DNA from: Podarcis vaucheri
Taxonomy: Eukaryota
Length of the DNA: 64,000 nucleotides
Direction: 5' to 3' (one strand)
NCBI GenBank assembly: GCA_965113315.1
Contig: OZ220373.1
Position 1 is the stretch's first letter; every line of letters starts with the position of its first letter. The notes beneath the pieces were generated by a model that saw nothing but the letters and a program-made list of their open reading frames with translations, ran no database searches and was not told the DNA's origin. Below are positions 36,099 to 47,985 of this stretch, in pieces. A program made the position numbers and the translations under genes.

Positions 36099-36328
36099 CA
36101 GTCATACCTTGGAAGTTGAACGGAATCTGTTCTGGAAGCCAGTTTGACTTTCAAAATGTTCAGAAACCAAAGCATGGCTTCTGATTGGCTACAGGAAGCT
36201 GTGGAAGCCCAGTCTGACATTCGGGTTACAAAGAACGTTCTCAAACCGGAACACTCACTTCTGGGTTTGCGGCGTTTGGAAGCCAAAACGTCCGAGTACC
36301 AAGGTGTTCGGGATCCAAGGTACGACTG
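36099..36328 (+). mobile_element. Tigger/pogo-type MITE, family B
   Basis: TA|cagtcataccttgg...ccaaggtacgactg. Homologous to 14861-15099. Confidence 0.85.
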
Positions 36329-37660
36329 CATTTGAAGAACTGTCACATAGATGTTGGAACACATTTGCTTTCTGCTGCCCCAGTGGGTTGAGCTATAACT
36401 CAACACTCTTACCCAACTCTTGAACTCAGCACACTTACCCCCCAAAATACTTTTTTGGTGATACACACGTAGCCACCTTATGATACACAGCAATATTTTG
36501 TTGCAAGTGATATTGTAACAATATAATTGTGAAATGTCTAAAGAATCTAGGCCTGATGCAGTGCGTATAAATAGACAGACCTTGTCCATTGGGCTTGCAT
36601 TCTAATTAGGCAAAACTAAAACTATAAGTATAACCAAGAGACTGAAAACTGGAGGAGGAACAGATGAACAGAAATAATTAGGCATAAGCTAGCTGACATA
36701 AAGATATCTCTTCCATTAAGGAATGATAAGGAACATTTAAAGAAATGTTAAGAGACTAATTAAGTGAGGAAATTAGCTGGTAAAAGCATTCCATAGATGT
36801 GAGGAAGGAAGAAGCATGAAGTGGTGGGAAGGATACAGCATTTAGCAAAGTGAAACTAAAAATAAAAGTTAAGTCAGAACTAGAGAATGAAAGTGAATAC
36901 ATGATCATTATATAAAAAAGGGTAGGTAATGGAATGCAAAACACAAACAAAAAGCTTAAGGTGCGCATAAGGAAAAAGCAACTAAAAGAGCATAACAATT
37001 ATCCAATCAGGATAAAATAAGAGAATGAGCCAAAGTGTGGGCAGAATAAACAGAAAGAAAAGAGCAAATGTTAGCAATATTTGACAAGTGAACACAGTGA
37101 AAGTTAGGAAATGATGAAATCCGAGAAGAAGAAAATATAACAAAATAAGACGAAGTTCTCTTGGTTGAAGAAAATAAAAGGGGAGGTAGACTTCGGAAAT
37201 ACAGCCCAAACTAGAAAAAATAGAAATGAACAGACAGTGGAAAAGGAATGCAAACAAGGAGCAAGTGTGAGTGGGGGATACCGCTAGATTCAAAGCACGG
37301 CGTGCAAAAGTGAATAAAAGACAGGAAAGTTTAAAAGAATCAAGAAGAGCAAGAAAATATTGAAGTGACAAACGTGAGACTGGTTGACGTGGATGTTTTT
37401 GTTTTTCAAGAATGGATTTTTCCTTTTTCCATATAATATGCAACTAGGAGAATAAGTTAGGTTTCCAAAGTTATTCATAAGATTTAATGACAGTTCGGTC
37501 TTACTGTTTTATTGCACTCATGGTTAAAAAACATATACACTTGTTGTATCTGTGAGGATGAAGGGCAGCCTAAAAGCATTCTTATTAAATGAATAAATGA
37601 AATAAAAATGTGTCTAAACCATTGTACTATGTGGCCTAAAAATTATCGCAATAAACAGTA

Positions 37661-37841
37661 GAAAACATAGGAAAATGCCTTGTGCTGAGGAGGAGCATTG
37701 GTCTAGTCTAGCTCATTATTGCGTACACTGACTGGCAGCAACTGCCCAGGGTTTCATGAAGGAGTCTTTTCCGACTGGGGATTGAACTGGGAACCTTCTG
37801 CATTCAAGGCAGATGTTCTGTCTTTGAGCTATGGGCCTTCC
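37661..37841 (-). mobile_element. Old tRNA-derived SINE with a different CR1-type tail (Squam3-like)
   Basis: ggggattgaactgggaaccttctgcattcaaggcagatgttctgtctttgagctatggg (reverse complement of a tRNA head), preceded by a cataggaaaatgccttgtgctgag...cattggtctagtctagctc tail. Confidence 0.65.
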
Positions 37842-38794
37842 TACTATGCACCTTGACTTGCAAAGGGAGTCTTCATCTGTTGCTCTGCCTCAGTCAGCAA
37901 AATATATTGGTCAGACATGATAGTACCAAAACCTAGACGGGCATTTGTGCACCATAAGGTCCTACTGAAGCAAATGGGTCTTCAAGAGATGCTGAAAGCT
38001 TATCACCATGCCAGTGGTAAATTATGGGAGAGGACATTCCACATACCCCCGCAGAATAGGCCTTTTGGTTGCTGAATTTCAGATTTCCCTATGTTGTGGG
38101 ACAACCAGAATTCAGTGCATCAGCCGCTGAACTTAGCACATGGACAGATTCATGCTGGAGGAATGCTCCTTCAAAAATGCAGGTGACAAGTTGTTTAGGG
38201 CTTTGTAAGTCATTGCTGGTGTACCCTGAGTATACTTGAAGGACGTTACATGTACTGAAATCAGAAGGTTCAAAACACCATACAACCACATCCAAAATAT
38301 GGCACAATTCAAGAACCCAGTTAAATGGATTGATTCTATGGTATGAAGTTGATTTTTGACGATGACATGAACTATGGTAAGTCTCTGTCAGTACCTATCT
38401 ACTAAGAAGTCAATCCCAATTGGACTTCCAGGTAAGTCTGTATAAGATTGCAAATGCAGCCTATTTTTCCTGCATTATTTAAGATTTAAGATGCAAGATT
38501 TAAGATTTTGTATGTAGTCTTTGATACCTGATAAACTCATTTAAAAATGTTTCTACTTTCCCCCTATCTTTTATATTTAACTTATAACTAAAATAAGAGA
38601 GAGAGAATAGTGGATGTGTCTAACATGGTGTACTTTTTCAAGGCACATTCCAATAACCCTTGTAGCACACTATGGTCCATGAGACTATCTCTATTGTGCA
38701 ATCTTTGTAAGCTTCCCTGGGGCATCTCAATGGCCATGTGAGATATTTAGTGCTGGCTCACATTATCCTTTTTTGTGTGGTCCAGCATGATACT

Positions 38795-38936
38795 TAGAAT
38801 CATAGAGCTGGAAGGGACCACAAGGGTCATCTAGTCCAACCCCCTGCAATGCAGGGATCTTTTGCCCAACATGGGCAACCCTCAAACCCATGACTCTGAG
38901 ATTAAGAATCTCATGCTCTACTGACTGGCCTATCCC
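38795..38936 (-). mobile_element. SINE with tRNA-Lys-derived head and CR1-type tail
   Basis: Same family as 20734-20855, in reverse orientation. Confidence 0.8.
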
Positions 38937-40865
38937 AGTCAGTGTCTTCTTCTAGTGTCTTTTTGTTTTAACTTCTATTTCTATGTGTGTTTCCAAAAAA
39001 CTGAAAATACACTTTTGTTAGCATCCTCTTTTATGCTGGTGAGTTAAATGGGTATCTCTTGTAATTGCTACTGTTGGTATTATTATTATTTGTATATAAC
39101 ATGCTATATTTAAATCAGAACAAACCCTTCTGTGCCCAGCATTGCAACTGTTAGGTAGACCATATGTTAATAAAAACATTTCATTGTAAGTAAACAGTTT
39201 ATTGCATTTGAAAATAACCAGTCAGGCTCAAAAAGACTTTCACCAACAGCACAGGCTTGTATGATGCGTAGAAATTATTATCACCACTCAATTGCATTTA
39301 TTTTGTGTATTATATTTTTTAAGTAATTGACACAATGGCCACATTCACACATAAAGCTAAGCAAAGTTGTGTGGTTTGTTTAACCCACAATGTGCACAAT
39401 CACACAGCTCAAATGCTCTTATTTTGCTCTTTCTTTTGTCTTGCAAGGAGCAACAAACTATGAGCCTTGACGTAGTGTGATGTCCAAACCATTGCACTTT
39501 GTTTTTTATTAATCACTGCCCATCTCAAAACCACATGTCATTAAAAATATAGTAGTGCTAACAGCATTTATACCAATGGAGACTGCAAAACTCTTCCATC
39601 CTTCTAAAAAAATGTCAGAGTTTCTGTGGTCTGAGAGAAGATAGAAGAACCACAGAGGAAATTCAGAAAGGCTGTAATTGCATGATGGTGTTGTATGGAT
39701 GTCTTGCAAAAAGTGAGTGAACAAACCACAGCAATTTCTCGGTGAGCTTCTATTGTGGAAGCACCGTTTCAGCCTTGAAAGTAATGTGTACTAAGAAAAC
39801 GATATTATACTAATGGATGGTTTTGATTTCTGAATATGCACAAGCCTCACGTGAAAAGAGAGCCAACTGCAATTTTCAGTAGTGTTTATCAGTGCTTTTG
39901 CTGATTTTAAAGTTCTGCTGTGTGCTTCTGCTTTTATTTTTCTAAGATGAAAGATAAATCGGTAAGAATTGCTATTTAAACACAAGCATTTTTAAATAGG
40001 CAGTGAAGTTAGAGGACCTGCAGGTGTGTGGTGCAGAAAGCAGATAAATTCTTTAAAATAGTTTCATGGAGGTGGTTTTGAGTAGGCTGGATAGCAATAA
40101 AGGTCTAGGAATTGTATACCGTGAAGTGTAGCAGTATTTATTTACCTGTCATTCAAAACCCCCATCCTTCTGCTATACTTAGAAACATGCCCATGTAGCC
40201 CACTGGTGGGCATGCCCACATCTTTCTTTTAATAAAGAATGACTACATAAGGTGTTTGAACTTTTAAATCTTCTCATTCCTGAGATAATCTTCAAAACAC
40301 ATCTCCAATTGCCAATGCAGATTACATAAACCTGGTACAGGAGCCTTGCAGTACTGTTTAGGGCTCATGAGATGGTGGGAACAGGGAGGTTATAGGATGG
40401 GGTAGGTAAGGGAATATATTTTTTCCTCTTTCCCACTAGCCTTGAAACCTTCGTCAGCCAAGCAGATGTTTATGAAGTGATGCTAACTGGTGGGATAGAT
40501 ATGTCAGTTTGCATTTTTTAGTGCAGAAAATACACATCCGATATGTAGAGATCTTTCCTATTCTAATTAATTCAAGAGGGTTCTGGAAGCTTCTCTTGGT
40601 GTTTGGGTTATTCCTTCAGAGAAGCTGAGTACAGCTGGCTTAAACTGGCTCTCTTATCTCTTTCTGTCAAGGCCATGCCGACTATAGAAGTAGGGCCAGA
40701 AGGAGCCTGGGTTCCAGTTTCTTTTTCTATCTCTTTTCCTTCTGGTGTGGTGTTCTGTACATAGTATGCTTTGTGTTAAGGTTTGGACTTATTATAAGTT
40801 ATTGTAAGTTTAAGTTAAGTCTGCTGCAACTGGATTTTTTTTGGACTGTGCCAGTTGTGAATGTA

Positions 40866-41093
40866 CAGTGGTACCTCGTATTAAGAACTTAATTCATTCT
40901 GGAGGTCCGTTCTTAACCTGAAACTGTTCTTAACCCGAGGTACCACTTTAGCTAATGGGGCCTCCCGCCACCATGCAATTTCTGTTCTCATCCTGAAGCA
41001 AAATTCTTAACCTGAGGTAGTATTTCTGGGTTAGCGGAGTCTGTAACCTGAAGCGTCTGTAACCTGAAGCGTCTGTAACTCGAGGTACCATTG
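40866..41093 (-). mobile_element. Tigger/pogo-type MITE, family A (reverse orientation)
   Basis: TA|cagtggtacctcg...cgaggtaccattg|TA. Confidence 0.9.
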
Positions 41094-41574
41094 TATTGGA
41101 TTTGTGACCATTTGCCTCTGTAGCCGTAAAGCTCTGCTGGATGAAATATAATTGCCCCTGGTCTATTTTTTGGGAATCCCGCAACACATTTAAGTTGTTA
41201 CTCTGCTAACTATATGTTGGAATCTACTCTGGATCAACACTGAGTAGAATATCAATGACAGGATAAGCACCAGGGCAACAGTTCTTGATAAAGTAGAGGC
41301 TAGGTGATGAAATGTAAAAGTTTAAGCCACCTAGCTCTCTACAACGTCACTAGCCAATTTAATTTGAGGAAGATGAACTGACTAGGAGTATATTCACATA
41401 ACCGTGGACTATGCTTTCAGTGCACTCGCACATGACATTAGCCAAATTCCATATTGATTCTCCCATTTCTTGACCAGCACTGCTTCAATCCAACTGGAAA
41501 ACTGGATTTGAAGTTAGAGGTAATGTGAACATACCTTAACAGCCGCTGTGCATGTGCAGATGAGCACCCATGCA

Positions 41575-41825
41575 CAGTGGCGAAGCTGCATGCTCTGGCA
41601 CCAGGGGTGGAGAGCAGGCGTGGGCGTGAGTGGTGCACGTCCCGGGGCTATGGTGCGCATCCTGGGGGCGTGGCACGTCGCCCCGTGGGGTGTGGCATGC
41701 ATCCTGCGGGCCTGGCTCCCGGCATGGTGAGGGCGTGTGTGGTGCCTGTCCGGGGGCAGCTGCGATGGTACCCCCCTCCCCGATGGTGCCAGGGGCGGTG
41801 TGCTCTCCCCGTTCCTCTGCCAGTG
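41575..41825 (+). mobile_element. GC-rich hAT-type MITE
   Basis: cagtggcgaagctgcatgctctggcacc...cctctgccagtg. TSD cccatgca/gccatgca. Homologous to 57237-57464. Confidence 0.8.
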
Positions 41826-42554
41826 GCCATGCACAGATGACAGCTTCATGAATAGAACTTCTAAGGAGGTTGCATGATTGGGAAACCCAAAGCACCCTGT
41901 GCGTCAGGTGAAGGCCTCCTCACCCCTTATCTGATGTGAGCACCGTGCAAATGGGGTTCAAAATATGGGGGTGACCATGCCGCATTTTAAGCTGCTAATG
42001 TGAACAAATGCTAAGCAGGAGTTAAACCCATCCCAAGTTATCCAAGAACCTTTTATCTTCAAGTCAGGATGTGACCATTTTAAAGTTTAAAAAGGTTTCT
42101 GTTCTTGAAGGAGTGGCAGTGTATATACATCACTACAGTGGTACCTCGGGTTACATACGCTTCAGATTACATATGCTTCAGGTTACAGACTCCGCTAACC
42201 CTAAAATATTACCTCGGCTTAAGAACTTTGCTTCAGGATGAGAACAGAAATCGCGCGGTGGCGGCACAGCGGCAGTGGGAGGCCCCATGAGCTAAAGCAG
42301 TGTTTCCCAACCTTTTTTGGGCAAAGGCACACTTGTTTCATGAAAAAAATCTCGAGGCACACCACCATTACAGCCCGGTGACATCAGCACGCAGCGTCAC
42401 GCCGGGAGGGACATGAATTGCTAGCAATTACATAATCACCTCCTTGAGGGCCGGCTCATCTTCTCCGAAGGCAGAACCCCATTAATTAACAGGACAGACT
42501 CACACCATAGCCAAGACGAGGGGGGAAAACCTCAGTCATGCACAGTCATGCACA

Positions 42555-42765
42555 TGTGGGGGCTAAATGAGGACGAAGACCGGGCAGAGAGCAGGGTTCA
42601 AATCACCCCACCTGGCCAGGACAATCCCTGGGTGCTCCCTTGGGCCACTCGCCTGACCCACCTCGCAGGGCTGTTGTTGCGAGGATAACACGGGGAGAAC
42701 CACGCGCGCCCCCGGGAGCTCCTTGGAGGAGAAAGCGGGCGATGAATGCAATGCACGAAATATAT
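42555..42765 (+). mobile_element. Degenerate tRNA-derived SINE carried inside the hAT cargo
   Basis: gggttcaaatcacccc...ccttgggcca...cctcgcagggctgttgttgcgaggataa...ggagaacc...gagctccttggagga. Same family as 52773-53290. Confidence 0.65.
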
Positions 42766-43330
42766 GAGAGGCGACCAGGTTTTGCAGGTGAGGGCCCCCC
42801 GCCAACCTCCGCTTCCAACACCCGGCGCAACGACGCCGAAGTTTCCCCCGGGCTCGGCTCAGGGAGCAGCGCTGCTCCCCCCCGGCTCCCCTTCGCCCTC
42901 CCGGCTCTCTCTGCCGCCCACTGGGGACCCCCCTCACCTGCCAAGTCCGGAGCGCCGGTGGAAGTTGCATGCATGCATGCAGGGCGCCGCGTTGCCATTG
43001 CATTGCACTGCACTCCATGCAATGCCTGCACGCATACATTGCCTTGCACGCCCGCCAAGGGGTCTCCCCGCGGTCCGATGCGTCCCCTCCGGTGCGGATG
43101 CAGCATTGCAAAAATAAAAACCCCCTGACGCAGCCCTACCTGGGGGGCAGCCTCCGCCGCTCCGCCTCCGCGGGGATCCCCGGGCTCCATCCTGCCGCCC
43201 GATCTCCGCGGGGGCGCAGGCAGGCTGCGCGGGGTCTGCGCGGAAGAGCCCCTGCCCGCCCAGCCGCCGCCGCCGCGCTCATTCCATGGCCGGGAGAAGA
43301 GCGCTTCAAACAAAACGCCCGGCCCGCCAG

Positions 43331-43351
43331 GCCACGCTGGGAAACGTAGTT
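43331..43351 (-). promoter_or_regulatory. ZNF143/Staf (GFY-Staf) motif inside the hAT cargo
   Basis: Minus strand AACTACGTTTCCCAGCGTGGC versus consensus RACTACAATTCCCAGMATGC, within CpG-rich DNA. Confidence 0.6.
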
Positions 43352-44594
43352 CGCGCACCCCGCGTGGGCGCAGAGCCCAAGGGCGAGGGGACTACGGATC
43401 CCGGCAGCCCCCGCGCCGGGGACGGAGGGGGAGAGGCCGGGTGCAGGGATGGAGGGACGGGTGGGCGAGCGAGTGAGTGAGTGGCAGCCGCCAAGCCTTG
43501 GCTGAGAGCCAGGAAGGGCCTCCCCGGAGGAGGAGGAGGAGGGAGGCGCAGAGCGGGAGGGAGGGAGGGAACCCCAGGGGTCATCTAGTGACGGCGCCCC
43601 AATCGAAAATTTGACTTTAAAAAAAAATCTTTCAAATTTTTTAATTTTTCCCGCGGCACACCAGGCAACATCTCGCGGCACACTAGTGTGCCGCGGAACA
43701 GTGGTTGGGAAACACTGAGCTAAAGTGCTTCAGGTTAAGAACAGTTTCAGGTTAAGAACGGACCTCCAGAATGAATTAAGTACTTAACCCGAGGTACCAG
43801 CGTAGTGCTTTAGAACTTGAGCTCCAAAAAGAAGAAAAAGAAAAAAAGACCATCTGTCCCAGTATTACAACACCACCCCTTGTAAAACCTGGCAATAATT
43901 CTTGGCAAAGGGATATTGTTTAAAATATTTTATTTTCCAGGAGGAATAACAAGCATTAGGGAACATTCAGAACTGTGGAAGGAACAGTGGTTTGTAGCAG
44001 GTAGCCACTCAGTTTTGCCATTTAGCATTTTAGTTTCTGGTTTGATTAATTATTTACTCATTTGTTTTATCTCTATGGCACTTCATATTCATGTGAGTCC
44101 CCAAAGGGTTTACAACCAATCAGAAGCAACAGCATAAAACATCATTGTTACAGCACGCATGCACACACACACACACGCACACACACAATCACAATTACAA
44201 TGCCTGGGTCAGTTAAAGCTGACCAAACAAATCACATACTGTAATATTAATAAAGTGATGCAATGGGAATTTATGCCTGTAAACATGACATGGTGAGAAT
44301 TTTGTTGAACATGCACGTGGCACAGAGACTAAAATTTAATATGCAAGGAAATCCATTTTGATCATGAAACACAAGCAGAAAGGGGTACCAGGAAATCACA
44401 TGCATTAAATAAAGGCCATGGTAACCATCTGTTCATAATAATTGAATTGCTACTGAATATAAACTAAAAAGGAAGGGAAGAAATTGAGTATAATAGACAG
44501 CATTTCCAGTTAAACAAATACCTGTTTCAGAAATACAAACGGAATCTTCTCCAGATTTAATCCTTTTGTCTTTTATGTCTAAAGAGTATAAATC

Positions 44595-44825
44595 ATTTGT
44601 TGTGCATATTTTCTATTAAAATTTCTGTTTTACAGTTTAGAATATTCATTTAAACAACCTTAAAATGTCAATGACTTTCCTTCTTCTCTTGCCATGGTTC
44701 ATTTTGCATGTATAAATCCCTGCATATTTTACATAAACTAAACCATTCAGTAATCCATTATTGCATCTGTCAAAACTTGTTTACACTGCTGAATTTATCT
44801 TAATGCTTCCAATGTTAAGAGTATA
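44595..44825 (-). mobile_element. Probable LINE 3' UTR fragment
   Basis: T-rich block resembling the reverse complement of a recalled lizard L1 3' end. Not verifiable here. Confidence 0.35.
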
Positions 44826-45716
44826 AGTCATTTTTCTTCCTCAAAGATTTTGCTTAAGCCCAAGAACAAAAGCTGTGAAGAAGATACACTTCTTGACAGA
44901 AAGTCATCTGATGTAATCCCAGACTATTTGTATTAAAGTGGATTTTCATGGAACGTTTAAATGTTACAAAACAAAAAAAAGATATTTATTTTAAAAATAA
45001 TGCTAATAATGTTATAATGTTGGAAGGCTATGTGAGTTTACTCACCTAACCTTTTTATACTTCTTACAGTATAGTTATTAAGATTCTAACATACAAATTA
45101 GGGAGAATGTGATGAACCCTAAAACCCACAAAACATCATTGATGTGGCTCCACAATGAGATATGCGCAATTCTTACCACATGGCTAATTCTAGTCACTAA
45201 CAGGCATAGTCCTATGCAAACTTACCTAAGATTGAATTCCACATAATAAAATGGAACTGACTTCTGAGTAGACACACATAGGATTTTGCTGCAAGCTGAT
45301 ATGTCAAAAGCTGACCCATATAATATCACTAATTACCTTAAATCTCAGCTCTTTGAGTCATAGTAAGATTCATAACCTCACTTTTCAAAGTAATATATGA
45401 ATTGCACACTGGAATCAATAGATAAAGCATGCGTGAGTTCTTGAAAATTATAATCTAGGTCATGGTACTATGAGCATAACTCTGCCCTCACTAGCATATT
45501 TTGAAATGCTTGGGGTCAAAAGTCTGTGGCGGGTGGTGGTGGGGGAACTAGAGTGCTCTAATATTTGATTGAGTTAAAGAAGAACAGGCACTGCTCCACT
45601 GCAGCACTTTGCACTAATGTAGCTCTGGCATAAAGATGGACAGTTAAACAAGCCATATTTATTGGCTGCTGGCTTTATTTGAAGCTTCGAAGGAATATAT
45701 AGGAAAGAGAGCATTA

Positions 45717-45880
45717 CAGTGGTACCTCGGGTTAAGTACTTAATTCATTCCGGAGGTCCGTACTTAACCAGAAACTGTTCTTAACCTGAAGCACCACTTT
45801 AGCTCATGGGGCCTCCCACTGCTGCCGCACTGCCGGAGCACGATTTCTGTTCTCATCCTGAAGCAAAGTTCTTAACCTGA
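45717..45880 (-). mobile_element. Tigger/pogo-type MITE, family A, truncated
   Basis: TA|cagtggtacctcgggttaagtacttaattc...; one end is missing. Confidence 0.85.
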
Positions 45881-47776
45881 AGGCACAAGTGGCTACAACA
45901 CTTTTGTCATTTGACACCATATGAAAACTCTTGTGTTCACCTCGGCTTTTTATAACTAATTAGGAGTTTTGACACTGCTGCAAGCTAGGAGTTTGGTTTG
46001 TGGCTCCTTGTATGCTTTTAAGAACATGTGGGATTTTATCTGCTTTTATAAATGGTACTAAATTCAGTTTTCTTGCAACACCGTTCTTCTGTTTTACGGT
46101 ATTGCAACCTGCTGTGGAATCTTATGGTGAAAGGTGAGCTAGAAATTGCCTTACGAGTATATTTAATATTATTTACTAGCAGTAAATATTACTATTATTA
46201 AAAATTAAATACTATTTTTAAAATATAAATAAATAATTTATGGGACAAGCGTTTGACACCTAAAAAGCGGCTGTGTGTGTGTGTGTGTATAATGCAGAAC
46301 ATGCCAATTATCTCTTGTTTTATCTCCCCCGTTACTGAAAGTCCATACAACAATAGCTTTCCTAACCTTTCTATGGCAATTCAAAGCAAAATTATTAACT
46401 TTGACCATCCCTCGCTCTCTTGGGCTATTCCTTTCCATGTGCAGATGTATACCTGCCGGCATTCACACCTGCTTGCCCACTGAGAGCAATCAAACAATAC
46501 AAGCCAGCAGCTGTTTTATGACCCAGATAAATCAGATGGAGACACGCCGCTGTTCTGTGTCAAAGTAACCTTTTTGGATGTTGTCTTCCAACTTTTTCCT
46601 CTATGGAGACTGCTTCCATATGGCAAGGTCACTTCACTCGCCCGCCCCCGCATGTGGCCTTCTCCATATGCCCAGGTTACTTATGAAAAAGCTATTGGGC
46701 AGTCAATGGCGAAAGCTTTTTTCTTGGCGCAACCTTGACTCCTCTACAGTAATTTGTTTCTTTTCAGAGAGTTCTCCTTCTCTCCCATCCGAGAGAAAAT
46801 AACACTCGGGAGTCACTCTTCTCCTTGCTAATCATATCACTTGTCTAAGGGAAGCTACTGCTGTCACAAAAATCGTATTTGCAACACGGAATGGGTTTCT
46901 CACGGCTGGCAATTATCCGGGTTAAGTCATTCATTTTTGACAATTTCTGTTACTTGAATCAGTCTGAAAAACACACACAAAAATTATGTTATCTCCAAAT
47001 ATGTTTTAATTAAAATCCTTTGCATAAGATTTTTCCTAAATAGAGAAGGAAAAAAGATATACAGCTCATTATGATGTGTGAAAATCATGGCATAGTTTAT
47101 TTTGTTATGTGTACATGGGATTAAGAAACCAGTACATGAAGTTCCTTCTAGGTGTTTGTATGCATCAAAATATAACAGCCTGCAGTTTTCACACATCTTG
47201 TTGTATACATTTTTTCCTACATGGAAATTAATGCAGTGCAGTGTTGTATTAAACAGCCTTAATATTTATTCAATTCATGCTGGGGGGGAAAGTGTTTATA
47301 CCTTAATAATGAATATTTTCTCTTTCCCAATATTTTTACTGTTAGAACTAACATCTGCTATGTGAAGGATGCCTAACAAGACACTCCTTTGCATGTTTAC
47401 TCAGACGTAAGTCCCACTGTGTTCAGTGGGACTTATTCATTGTGAACATGTCTGAGGACGTGGCACAACACAATGAAAGGATAGTCAAATTAATTATCAG
47501 TACACACATTGTGACAAAAACGGGAGCAAAATAATTCAGTGATAAAGATGAAAAACTTTGTACTAGACATGAGATAGATGTGACTGATGCCAATCTTTTC
47601 GTACTTCTGTTTCGCCATTGCCATGGTTTTTGTAACATGCTTCCATAATCTGATTTTTTTTAAAGAAAAAAATTTGATTATAGGACTGTGTGACACAGAC
47701 ACAGTTGTGCAGAATGAGAGGCAAAAGTGTCCTTTGAACAATCCAAACCACCCAGTTATATGCATATTCCATAGTA

Positions 47777-47985
47777 CAGTGGTACCTCGGGTTACATATG
47801 CTTCAGGTTACAGACTCTGCTAACCCAGAAATAGTACCTCGGGTTAAGAACTTTGCTTCAGGATGAGAACAGAAATCGCGCGGCGGCTGCACAGTGGCAG
47901 CGGGAGGCCCCATTAGCTAAAGTGGTGCTTCAGGTTAAGAACGGACCTCCGGAACGAATTAAGTACTTAACCCGAGGTACCACTG
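47777..47985 (+). mobile_element. Tigger/pogo-type MITE, family A
   Basis: TA|cagtggtacctcgggtta...taacccgaggtaccactg|TA. Confidence 0.92.

Larger units (their letters stand above)
42298..43717. mobile_element. 1,420-bp non-autonomous hAT element with CpG-island-like cargo
   Basis: Perfect 15-bp TIRs cagtgtttcccaacc/ggttgggaaacactg, perfect 8-bp TSD agctaaag (42290-42297 and 43718-43725), subterminal (g/c)ggcacac repeats, and no transposase ORF. Confidence 0.93.
42136..43802 (+). mobile_element. Tigger/pogo-type MITE, family A, split by a hAT insertion (host parts 42136-42297 and 43718-43802)
   Basis: The two halves join into a complete family-A MITE at the duplicated agctaaag. Confidence 0.9.

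Noticed and set aside
42563-43681. Long ORFs (up to 251 aa) in the hAT interior as a transposase
   Set aside because: No BED finger, DDE or hAT dimerisation motifs. They are low-complexity artefacts of GC-rich DNA.
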